Source of the DNA: Lingula anatina
Lineage: Eukaryota > Animalia > Brachiopoda
Length of the DNA: 64,000 nucleotides
Direction: 5' to 3'
Assembly (NCBI GenBank): GCA_051362555.1
Contig: CM120641.1
Span: 44,212,401-44,276,400, forward strand
This document shows, in pieces, positions 45,269 to 58,174 of this stretch; the first letter of the stretch is position 1, and each line of letters opens with the position of its first letter. Position numbers and translations under genes: made by a program. Under the pieces are notes generated by a model that worked only from the letters and a program-made list of their open reading frames with translations, was not told where the DNA came from and searched no databases.

Positions 45269-48200
45269 TTAAAGAAAGTCATAAAGGACAAAAAAAAAAT
45301 AATAAATTGACTTCTATACTTAAGGATGTAATTTGTGATAAGTGGGACCTGAAAATTGGCGATGTTGTCCAATTATTCCCGAAAAAGTTTAAAAAGCAGT
45401 TAAAAAAACTGAAATAAGGGATATGCCTGAAAATAACATCCCTGTATAATGGTTACTAACACCCCATTTCCATAGATTAGATCGACCTACTTTAGATCGA
45501 CCTAACTCCCTGGGGGTTCACGCTAAATAGCTGTCAGCCGGGCGGACACGAAAGTTAATTACCCCTTATAGCTTGTAGTAGGCGGGGACGGACACTTAAG
45601 GGGGATTATCTGACAGTAATCTAGTGAGACTCCCCGCAGTGATAGATCGATCTAAAGTTGTGGGAATAGACCCTAAGTTACTACATGTGCAACTTAAACA
45701 AATCTGTCACTTCTACACATTGTTCATACAAAAAACAAAATAATAATAATAAAATAATTTTTTTTTAATCTTGAAAAGACAGTGCAAATTACAGTAGGAA
45801 CAAAATGAAAATGTCCCTTACCACAATTGAGTGCTGTCTGTCCTCCCATTGAAAGCAGAATTCCATCGGGTTTCTCTTTCTTGATGACCTCAGTGACAAA
45901 CTCTGCCGTGATGGGTAAGTAGTAGACAGTATTCGCCTGCTTTTCCCCTTCAGCATTGGTTTGGACCGAGGCTATATTAGGGTTCATTAAAACTACATCA
46001 ATGTTCTCTTCCTGTGGAAAAAAATTAAACAATCAAGTATCAAAATGCTGACTTTTACCTTGCGGATGTTCTATTGTTGAGAAATTGCATAATGCATTAA
46101 AAGACGTTATAAAAGTTTTGAATTGTAGAACTTTGTTCAAGCCAAAAATTGGCAGACTAGAAAGTTGTCTTAGGCAAACAAAAATTTAAGGAAGTCTTGC
46201 AGTAACAGTCATTAAATTGTCTTTCCATATTATTAAACTGCAAAGCAGAAATTGCAAAGACTTCTACATATACACAAAAACACCGATAAACTAAAATATG
46301 AAATATCTGCCTCACCTTTAATGCTTTGATGGCCTGAGAGCCACTGTAATCAAATTCTCCAGCCTGACCAATGGACAGCCCTCCACTGCCCAGGACAAGA
46401 ACTTTGGATACCTGATTGATAAAAAATTATTTAATGAGATCAAAGTAATGAGAATACATACACTTAGTGTCTGTACATAGTCCAAGAAATTGGTGCAGAA
46501 AAAAGGGTGAATTGTGCATTTTTTACCTACAAGCATGAAATTTGCCACAGTTGTAGATAATGGAATTCTAAGCTTTTTTGGATATATGGGCATGTCTGAA
46601 AATTCCAGTATGGCCGCCAAATCCAATATGGCTGCCACAAATACTCTTTTAAATTAAAACATCTAATATATAGTCCTAAAATGGTTTAGAATATCATTTT
46701 ATAGCTGGAAAATATCATGCTATGAATGAATTATCAATATCCGCTTCTACAGGTGTATAGAATTCCAAAATGGCCTCCAAAAGTAAAATAAGCAGTTTAC
46801 TTACGCAAAATATGCAGCAGTTTTGTAAAATCATCAAGCACTTACAATTACAAGCATAAAAATTGGCACAGTTATGTAGAACATGATTCTAAGCAACGTT
46901 GGATATAGGGTCATGTCTGAAAATTCCAATATGGCAGCCAATTTCAATATTGCCCCCAAAATACCCTTTCAAGGTGAAAGTTATTTGTATAGTCTTTTAT
47001 AAAAATATCATTTAATGGTTAGAAAATTCCATTGTATGTATGAAGTATCAGTATCTGCCACTTAAGGTTTTAAAATTCCAAAATGGCCTCCAAAAGTCAG
47101 CAGACCACAACTATTGAATTGTAATCACTCGGGAATAGGCATGTGGGCTTTGCAAACTACCTGTATAATCAGCATATTCCTACCTGTGCAGGAGCTATTC
47201 TACAGAGTTTTTAAAAAACCATCAAGCATGATACATTTATTATGTACTGAAAAAAGTCCTTCTTTTGATAAACCAACATAAGTAGTTTGACTTTTTGCTC
47301 TGGATTCTCATTTAGATCAATTCCCAGTTAGCAATCTTCTTATATGGCACTCATGAGTGACTCCCCCTTTCTAAGAAAAAAAGTATCGTGCAAAATCCAT
47401 AAAATGTGAAAGAAACACCAGAATAACTTAGCCTTAAAGAGGCAAATATAAAAAACTTGGGGTGTACCAATTTTGTCTGTTGGTTATGATTCTTCAGCTA
47501 GATCAGTGCATGGCGCTTCATCAAATGCTCATAAATATAACAAAAATGGCAGCTAATCAAACATACATGTCTCAACAATTTGGTGTTTTTCATTGGTAAA
47601 ATATTAAAAGCGGGGCACATTTGCACTCGATAATGTTATGATGTTATCTTGTGCTTCAAAAGTAAATTAGAAAAGCTTTTTATTTAAAAAATTGGCTTTA
47701 GTACATTCGCAGTAATGGCTACCGAGAATTTAGTGAAAATTTATGAGCAAAGAAATACCTGTACCCCAAACAGAGGGCAGGTGTTGATACGTGCTGTATC
47801 CAAGAGTTGCATTGCAGACTTCACACTTCGTGCACTAAAAAAGAAGCACTGATCTATAGGCGCCAAACTTTGGTTTTCATTTGGTCATTTGGCAACTTGT
47901 TTAGTTACAAACTTATGCTTTCAAAAAACTGAACATGAAAATAAAAGAATTAAAATCCTCCAGACAGTTAATACATACAAAACTTCAAAAAACGATGTAT
48001 TCTGAGGATTACACCAAGAAATTAGTGCAATATGGACTTTGAAAGGTAAAAATTCATGAGATTTCCGGCATCATTGTCTCTGTGGGACAATCCAGAATGA
48101 AGCCATGAGGAGTATTCACTTAACCAGCTTACAAAATCTACCAGGTGGCTCCTACCACATCTGTTTGTAGTTATTTGTGCAGTTGCTAACTGTGGTGAGG

Positions 48201-51200
48201 GGAGTCAGAAGCATTGGAAGACTGGTGCTATAAGGGTTCACACTAGTAACCTACATCTACTAATATGCCCTTCCACACTTTCATGTTCCTATGGACCGTC
48301 ATGCATGTAAACTGAGTCAGAAGCATTGGAAGACTGGTCCTATAAGGCTTCACACTAGTAACCTACATCTACTACTATGCCCTACCACACTTTCATATTC
48401 CTATTGACCCTCATGCATGTAAACTGATGCTTTCTGGTGTTAAAAACGACCAATGCCTCTTGGTATATTGTTGGGGAAAGTGGATTACATGTAGAAGCTT
48501 TAGCTTTAAGGAAATACTGGGAAAGCTGAGGGAAACACAACTACTAGTAAAGCTAGGCACACATAAATGAATGAAAATTATTTAACCAAATAAGTAGAAA
48601 TTTCGGTGTAGCTAGCTGTTATCCTCTGTTGAGATATTGTCCATTTACTAAAGTAAAAGGTTGACCGCCCATAAAATGTGCAACACTTACTTGATAAAAT
48701 AACTTTCGTTAATTTGAAACTTATTTGTGAAAATACCTTGACATTTTCATATCCTTGACATTTATAGAATTGCTGCATGTGGTGTCACAACTAGACCAAA
48801 AGGAGTCCTGTTCCATTTTTTATGGTCATTTGGGTCTAAATGTAACTAAAGGAGCGAAAAACCAAAAAAGAGTAAAGACTGTTGTCAGTCAGATTATATA
48901 GTAGTCTTTTTTACTTTAAAAGGGTTTTAGTGGCCATATTAGAATATTCAGACATGTCCCTATATAACAAATTGCTTAGAATCCTGTTCTGTACAATTGA
49001 GACAATTTTCATGCTTGTAGTTTTAAGTGCATGATGAATTCACCATACTGCTGCTGTGAGTGGCCTGATTTTCTTATTTTTGGAGGCCATTTTGGATTTC
49101 TATACACTTAAAGAATCAAATATTGATACTTCATGCATACCATAGTCTTGTCTAACCATAAAATGTTATCTTAAGTTATTATAGGATTATATATACTTGA
49201 AGTTTTAATTTGAACGGGTATTTGTGTCGGCTATATTGGATTTGGGGGCCATATATTGAAATTTTTAGACATGCTCATACATCCAAAAGTGCTTGGAATC
49301 CTGTTTTACAACTGTACCAAATGCCATGCTTGTAGTTTTTGATGAATTAACCACTCTGCTGGATATCTTGGATTAGTAGAGTGCTTTTTATGTACAGACA
49401 CAGATGTGTCTGTACATATAGCCATCATCTGCGTCTGTCGTCGCCGTCGTCGCCGTGCACTTTTACCGATAACACGATAAGTGGAAAACCATTTTACCTT
49501 TTGACTTGAAACTTGCAGAACAGATGAATATTCATAATATGCAGGTCAAGTTCGAAAATCAGCATGATCGGGTCACTTTTAGGGAATTTATGCTGTTTTT
49601 TCACTTTTTTCAGCATATATGCAGCACCGATAACACGATAAGTGGAAAACCATTTTACCTTTTGACTTGAAACTTACATAACTGATGAATATTCATAATA
49701 CGCAGGTCGAGTTTGGAAATCAGCATGATTGGGTCACTTTTAGGGAATTTATGCTGTTTTTTCACTTTTTTCAGCATATATGCAGCACCGATAACACGAT
49801 AAGTAGAAAACCATTTTACCTTTTGACTTGAAACTTACATAACTGATGAATATTCATAATACGCAGGTCAAGTTCGAAAATCAGCATGATTGGGCCATTT
49901 TTAGGGAATTTATGCTGTTTTTTCACTATTTTCAATATAAATGCAACACTGATAACACAATATAAGAAAAACGGATTGGCCAATTGTAATTATACTCACA
50001 GGAGTGGTCAATCTTACTAAAACGCAGGATGAGTTCGAAAATCAGCATAATCGGGCCATTATTTTAGAAGTTATACTGTTTTTTCACATGTCTTCAGATT
50101 CAATTATTAGGCATGTTAACAGTCTCATTATTTAACTAATAAGATGCCTAAAAGTGTTTGTTTGATATTTCCTGCATCTTTACAACATTGTTAGTTGATT
50201 ATGTAAAAAACATGGTAAACTTGTTATCATGTATTGTGTAATAAAGTGTCAAAAATGGAAATAAACTCATATCATTGCAGTTTGTCAGATTCAATCATCC
50301 ACTATGTTCAGAATCTCAGAATGGAGGAAATTGGACATTTAACACTGTTCTATTGATAGTTTTCCCATCTCATCAATTTTCTTAGTTGGTCATATAAAAA
50401 TGGCAGTAAAATGTTTATTTTGTTTTATGTTAAAAAAGTGTTAAAAATGGAAAGAAACCCATTTCAGAACAGTGCTGTCTTGTTTACATTTTGGCATTTT
50501 CAAGGTGTGACTTTGATGTTCCATGGGCCTGAAGACCTTTGCTAGTCACATTTTCTGAATATCTGTGATACAAATATTTTATAATTAAAAATTGATGGTC
50601 ATTAAGCTGTTAAACATTATGTAATATTGCATCAAAATTTGAAGAAACCCCTATTTTGGGCACTGCTTCCATGATGACCATTTAAGGAAAATCATGTCAC
50701 TTACTGTTCTCAAACTTACAGGAAAGAAACCTGGGACTAAAATACAGCTTCAGTAGGCAATGCAGTCTGTTTGGTATTTTTTTTTCTTTTTTTTTTTTTT
50801 TTTTTTTTTTGGCAGTTAAACAGTTTTTTTGTGAAAATTTAATTTTTCACATATTGGCATTTACAAGGGGTGACTTTAAAGTTCCATGATCCTGAAGACT
50901 TTTGCTTGTCACATTTTCTGAATGTCCATGTTACTAATATTTTATTAATAACATTTGATTGTCATCATGCTGTTCAACATTATGTAATGTTGCATCAAAA
51001 TTTGAAGAAACTCCTATTTTGGGCACTGCTCCTATGATGACCATTTAAGGGAAATCATGTCACTTACTGTTCTCAAACTTACAGGAAAGAAACATGGGTC
51101 TAACATACAGCTTCAATAGGCAATGCAGTCTGTTTGGTAAATTTTTCTGGCAATTTAACAGTTTGTTGTGAAAATTTAATTTTTCACTTATTTGCATCTT

Positions 51201-54200
51201 TATTTTCTGTTTTTTTTGTCTGTACATTTGACAGCTTTGCTGCCTTGTTACTATTGGCGGCCATTTTGGATTTAATACACCTTAAAAAGCAAATATTGAT
51301 TCTGAATTCATACCGTGGTGTTTTTTAACCTTTGTATGATATTTACGCCCTTAAAAGACTATATACTTGTAGTTTTAATTAGAAGCCGTATTGTTGGAGG
51401 CCATCTTGGATTTGAAGGCCATTTTTAAATTTTCGGATATGCCCATACATCCAAACTTGCTCAGAATTTCATTTTTCACAAACCTGCCAAATTTTATGCT
51501 TGTAGTTTTAAGTGCTTGATGAATTCCCCATTCAAATGGATATCTTGAATAAATGGTCTGCTTTTTTTACTTTTGGCGGCCATTTTGGATTTAATACACC
51601 TTAAGGATTCATACCATGGTGTTTTCTAACCTTTATATGATATTTTAAGTCATTAGAAGACTATGTACTTGAAGTTTTAATTTGAAAAGGTATTTTGGTG
51701 GCCATATTGGATTTGACGGCCATTTTGGAATTTTCAGACATGCCCATATATCCAAATTTGCTTAGAATTTTATTGTCCATAAGTGTGACAAATTTCATGC
51801 TTGTAGGTAAAAAATGCACAATTTTTCACCAATTTCCTGGACTAACATAAAAATTCAGTTTCATTTATTGGCCAAAAGATACACAACTTATTATGTATTG
51901 TATGCAATACAAAAGACATGATATCTCATAAATATTTATTCATTATTTATTCATATAAGAACCTTTACAAAATGAACAATAACAAATAAAATAAAGTAAA
52001 ATAAAAAATTAATTAAATATATGAAATCACATAGTGTTTAAAAGAGAATTATTAAATAAGCTTTTAAAAATGGCCACATGAGCATATAATGAAAATACCT
52101 CATGAAATATTACATAAATACATGTTAAATCACTGCACACAAAAAACACTGTCATTATATACTTACTGGCTTTAAGTCTGGCTTAGGTGGCATTGGTTTC
52201 ACAATCTTCGCCACTTTTTGCTCCCCAGATTTTATCATGTCGAGAAACATGTCGAACAGAAACTTGAATTAAAAAAAGAGAAAGAAACTTTAAAAATTTA
52301 TGCTAGAGTTTGTGGATTTTACTTCTGCCACAGTTGTGTTAAGATCCAGTTCAACCGTTTACCAGAATCAATGGAGCAGGGAAGATACACATCTCATTTA
52401 CATAATTTGCTCACATTACTTTCTATTCTAACAATTAAATGTCTGGAAAGTTTACCACATCAATTATGACAAATATCTTTCATTTACCATTTTATGCAGT
52501 ATGTATATGAGATACTGATGTCAAGAGTAATATTTACATTTTTAAATTAATAGCACTACCCTCTAATTGTTTACCTCAGAGTCAGTAGGACCTCCTCTGG
52601 CTTCTGGGTGAAACTGTGCAGTAAATATAGGGCGATTTTCATGATAGATACCCTGAAATAAAGAGCTGTGCAGTAAATATAGGGTGGTTTTCATGATAGA
52701 TACCCTGAAATAAGGAAGTGTGCAGTAAATATAGGGGGGTTTTCATGATAGATACCCTGAAATAAGGAAGTGTGCAGTAAATATAGGGTGGTTTTCATGA
52801 CAGATACCCTGAAATAACGAACTGTGCAGTAAATATAGGGCGGTTTTCATGACAGATACCCTGAAATAAGGAAGTGTGCAGTAAATATAGGGTGGTTTTC
52901 ATGAAAGATACCCTGAAATAACGAACTGTGCAGTAAATATAGGGCGGTTTTCATGATAGATACCCTGAAATAAGAAACTGTGCAGTAAATATAGGGCGAT
53001 TTTCATGATAGATACCCCGACATAAAGAACTGTGCTGTACATATAGGCCAATTTTTAAAAAATTCAAACATGTCATTTCTGCATAGTTTAATAATGTTAC
53101 CACTACTGCCAAAATTCTACCCAAGTTTAATACTCAGTTCTTGATAGTTAGAAAAACTAAAAAAAAAAAAAAAAAGGTTTGAAAATCCAGGGCCTTCAAA
53201 AATCTGCAATCTTTCAAACAGGATTTTTGTCTGGCTGAACAAGAATTTCAAAATATTCACCTTAAAATTGTTTAGATTTTTTTCTGGCTAATCCAGACTA
53301 ACCTCATTTGTTCCATCATTGGCATTGATGAAGAGTGGCAGCCAGCCTGTGGGAAGAGTTTTGTTGTCTATAGCAAAGCCATGGTTCTGGGAGGTGATGA
53401 AAGCCTGTCCACTCAGGAGGTTGATCACTGGCTGGTTGTGACCTCTGGATGAATTTTAAAAAATACATCAATTAATTAATTAATTAAATGATATTTTTAC
53501 TGTAAACTATGAAAAGAGACTTGGAACATACATTTCATTGCAGCTTCAATTATTCAAGATATGTAGTCAGAAAGATATCAAACATCTGATGCTTCAAACT
53601 CTTTATAATGCTTTTTTGTTTCAAAAATATGAGTCACAAATCCAAAAAGCATTCCTAATAATAACAAAATTTCAATAACAATAAACAAAAATACTGTTAA
53701 TTTCAAAAAAAAAATTGAAATAAAATATAATTTTAAAAAAAGAAACCGATTCCTTTTATTTTCATTAATTATTTTTCACCTGCACCCACCTGTTTCCCAA
53801 AGGTAACTTATAAGACTGTGCCCCAGCTGCCAGACAGGTGATCTGGTTCCCCATACATATACCAAATATTGGCTCTGGTCTGTTGTCCAAAACCTGTAAA
53901 AAATAAGCGTTCAAATCAAACTAGGCTTACAAAGTTAAAAAATTAAAATTGCTGATGGATGGTTTAGATTTCAAATAGAAGGCATTAATATCACAGCTAG
54001 AAGGGATAATTCAATTACTTTAATCTCCTTCTGTGGAAGAAAAAAACTTGACCAAAAGTGAACAAAGTTTACCAAAAGTGGGCCTTTTACCAAGAAACCT
54101 TCATGTACATTTATCAAATTTTACCCAGAGGGGAAATTTGCAACTGCAAAAAGGGCTGTTCGTTCAAACTACAGGCCTGCAATGATTTTTCAGACACACA

Positions 54201-57200
54201 GTTCTCTATGTAGAAGAAATCTTCCTGTGTTTTACCTTCTTCACATTGGCCACCAATTCCCCGGCCACAGCAGGGTCACCTGGTCCATTAGAAATAAACA
54301 GTCCATCAAATTTATCTTGGGTGAAGTCATAATTCCACGGGACAAGAGTCACCTCTGCTCCTTTCTGAAAAAAAAAACAAAAAAACAAAATTGAGGGCAT
54401 AAGTTATAAATAAACATTATAAATAGGTGTGTCCATTCTCTATTATCTGAGTCTTTCTCTCCATCTTCCTTTTTTTTTTCTTTGCCATTCATATTAATTT
54501 CATATTAGCAATTTTCCAGCTACATGGTGTTATTTCTTCTCAAAACATAACCAAGGAAACATTCATATTTTGGGCATCTTACAAAGCTTAAAATGTGTCT
54601 CACACATAGTCTACGTAAATCTGTCTCAGTGATGGCCACTTATATTACATTTTAGCCAGAGTGGTGCCTTACCTTCACCAGCATTTTAGCCAGTATTTTA
54701 GCCATTGATGTCTAACATTCACCAGCACTTTAGCCAGAGTGGTGTCTTACCTTCACCAGCATTTTAGCCAGAGTGATGTCTTACCTTCACCAGCATTTTA
54801 GCCAGAGTGGTGCCTTACCTTCACCAGCATTCTGATCATGTTGTGTTTTATACCACAGTCCACTGCCACCACTTTGAGGGGATTCCCTTTCCCATACACT
54901 ATGATATCCTGCAATACAATAGTGCACAGCAGTTTCAAACATGTGCTTATTCAAAAAGTCATATTATATACTGAAATAAGTATATAAATTTTCTCATTAT
55001 TTTGATATTGTGTATTACTCCCTGCATTTGATCTTTTGGCTATCTTTCTGCATTAAATCTTTTTCCAAATGGTTCCAAACAATAGTTGCAACATCAAGAA
55101 GAAACACAAAGGTTGACTATGTTTGTATACCTTAAGGAACTACTACAAATTTATCCTGAAGAAGGTCAAATTTTTAAAGCTTAAAGTTAACTCTCAGACA
55201 GTCTAAAATTCTTTTATAAATCCCCTAAGAGTGCGTACCTTAGTGGCCACTTTATCAATCAGGTTCATTGTGTTGGGGTCCATAAATTCTATTGGTTGCT
55301 CATCAAATTCAATTTTTCCCAACACTGTGCCCTATGGAATAGAAAAAAAAATAATAATAAAAATATTAGTAATAATAAAATAATAATGATATTTATGATA
55401 TCAGTAATAATCAGTCCTTGATTTAGCCAAACATTTTTTTTTAAATGTAGAATCATCATTTAACACTTACATTCCAGAACAAAATCAATTCAAATCAAAA
55501 ACTCTTTTGAAAACTTATAGTGGTTAACATTGCCAGATTAAAAAATCCCACAATACCTTATCTCTGATCATCTTGGTGATCATCCTAGTATCTATACCAT
55601 AGAGACCAGGTACCTTCTCCTCCTTCAGCCACTGAGAGAGAGACTTGACTGAGTTCCAGTGACTGTATCCATGAGAATAGTCCTGGACCAGCAATCCAGA
55701 GGCCTGGGGAAATTTAAATAGAATTAAAACAAATAAATATGAAATAGAAATAATAATAATAATGGATTTATTAAAGTTTTATTAAAAAATAATATCTAAA
55801 AAATTTTAGTCCTTTTAATGTGACAATAAATAAATTCCATCACATCTGGGTTTACAACCAAATTTTTTTAAACTTCTGAATCAAGGGCAGTCCAAAGAAG
55901 TTCACTATAATGAATTTTTCTATTGGTGCGAAATATTAGACATTTTATCTTTTTATAAAACATGCAAAATATTTCAGATAAATGGACTTATGATAGTTTA
56001 TCTAAGGTCAAAGTAGACTAAAATTTTGATCTTAAAGTTAAGACCTACTTTCAGTTTCAAGTCCTTTTAAAATATGTAAAACCAGTCACAGGACTAAATT
56101 GTACACTCACGTGTATTCTGTCAGACTCCACATTCAGCATGAGTCCATATTCATCTCTGGCCTGCGTGTCCGGCACGCCATAGTTACCAACTATGGGATA
56201 GGTCAAGGTCAGTATCTGGCCGTGGTAGCTTGGGTCAGTCAGGGCTTCAGGGTACCTTAAAGGATTTTTGGTCATCTCAATCTTATGTCTCAATGACTTT
56301 ATATTTTATTGCATTTAAATTTATTGCCATTGTTGATTGACCATGTACTAATAATTGTACTAATTCAGACGAAAAGGCTAATCTAAGTATGCTTACAAGG
56401 AGTTAATACATGTAGGTATTTATCTTTAAAATGAAAATGATCACTGACAACAAACCACATCATTCTATTACCATAAGTTACAATCAGTCATCTTGATTTT
56501 ATAATTCTGTAAAGGGAGTGATGTAGTGAACAGACCCATAAAACATTGTGCTTGGGGCATAAACTTCAATTAAATGCCACTGAAGTTCAGATACAACAAG
56601 TTGCAATTGGTGTGTGTGTGGAAAGCTGAACATGAAGCTGAAAGTTTATTTCTAAATTAAATTGGCCTTCTGCTGCTAAAATGCTATGTATTTCTTACCC
56701 CACCAGTCCAGTGTTAAAGACTACCTCTCCAGCAATGGAGGCCTCATGTCCAAACGAGTATCCGCGAAACTCACTACCATCTTCCAGAACAAGGTGTGCT
56801 CTTCTTGGCTGGAGGGATGAAAAGGAAAGAAGTAGATGACTTTATTTGGTAAATTTTACATTTCAGTTTTATCCAACTTGCAAAGTGACATTTCTGGACA
56901 CCATCAAGATGCTGCGTAATTTTTTCTCAAAGTATGAAGAAATTTCTCAAGGTGAACAGTCAGCAAAAACCCTGTCTAATGCAGAATGTCACAATAATGT
57001 TGACTGTCCTCTTTATGACACACAAATTTAAATTAGACTAAAATCCCTATTTTGGGTCAGAAATACTTTATTTTCCCTGCATAATGCTGAGGTGTGTTCT
57101 GCATTCTGGGATTGGGGAATACATTATGGCAAGTTGAATAGATTAAAGCTACTGAGGACTAGAAGTTATCAACAGATTTAGTGTTCACTATATATCTCAC

Positions 57201-58128
57201 AAAATTTGAGTCCAACACTGCCGCTCTGTCATTCTTCTACACATTTGTTAATTCACATCCTAACCCCCCCCCAAAAAAAATATATATTATATTGATTAAT
57301 TTGAATCAATAATTAATCAATGAATAAATAATTTTCAAACAAACTTTTTGAAATGACTTTCAAAATGTTTTCCCTTTTTTTCTTATTTATTTATTTTGAG
57401 AGGGAGGGGGTACCTACCCACTCATCCAGAAGCATTATATTACAAAATTATGGCTCCAACATGACATGTGAACAGACATTATAATTCTTAACCCAAGAGC
57501 TATACACTGTTCTCTTAAACAAACATCCAATTATCTGTTTTGAATCGTTGAAAATAAATTGACCCATTGACATTATGATAAGCAATTACACACAATGACC
57601 CTTTGTCATTTCTTTATGATTTTTCTCAATAACATATTAATTATTTTTTTCAAATTACTGACAAGTTCACTCTGGTCAGGCAAGAGAGTGAAAGATTACT
57701 ATCATTGCCATTATTTACTGTGTACATAAATCAAACGAAGTATTTGTGATAGGCTTGAGATAACACCTTGTCTGATATTGACAGGAGAATGAAGCATATG
57801 TCTGCAGATGAGCTTATATACACACACACACATTGACACAGTTGAGTTTTTTTAATGTAGAGAGTACGTAGTATCAAAATATACATGGTCAAGACTAGAA
57901 CCCAGCTACAAGGTTAAATAAAAAAATCAATATTTAAATATATGCAGCAGAGGAAACACCATACATGTCAAGTCAAATAAATCAATTAATTACGTACTAA
58001 ACATATGAAAATGCAGGAATTCTTTAGTGACCTCCCTTCTTTTCTATACTTTGAATCTTTTGAACTGCTAAGTTTCTAACAGAACACTAACATTGATCAA
58101 CAAAATGAAAATAGTGATATTACTCCCA

Positions 58129-58174
<46 letters not shown>

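Larger units (their letters stand above)
49385..51249 (+). mobile_element. Helentron-associated non-autonomous element (HINE/DINE-1-like) nested in the TIR element
   Basis: 5' T-run plus TGTACAGACA-cagatg-TGTCTGTACA palindrome, (GTC)n-like microsatellite, internal tandem repeats, 3' subTIR TGTCTGTACA and a short hairpin GACAGC-TTT-GCTGCC. Removing it rejoins a host repeat unit at a T-run (compare 51537-51600). Confidence 0.75.
46478..51844. mobile_element. Non-autonomous DNA transposon with long terminal inverted repeats (Academ-like ends), in a CPS intron
   Basis: Left end TAGTCCAAGAAATTGGTG..TGTGCATTTTTTACCTACAAGCATGAAATTTG mirrors right end ..CAAATTTCATGCTTGTAGGTAAAAAATGCACA..CACCAATTTCCTGGACTA. 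Flanked on both sides by ACA (46475-46477, 51845-51847). Subterminal ~330-bp units rich in AAAATGGCC/GGCCATTTT. No intact transposase ORF. The superfamily is inferred only from the TAG termini and 3-bp TSD. Confidence 0.8.

Noticed and set aside
47100-48900. Transposase remnant inside the TIR element
   Set aside because: No long ORF or recognisable catalytic motif in the frames I could read.
52615-53050. Regularly spaced repeats resembling a CRISPR array
   Set aside because: There are no unique spacers and no cas genes, and the unit is a copy of the adjacent eukaryotic exon boundary.
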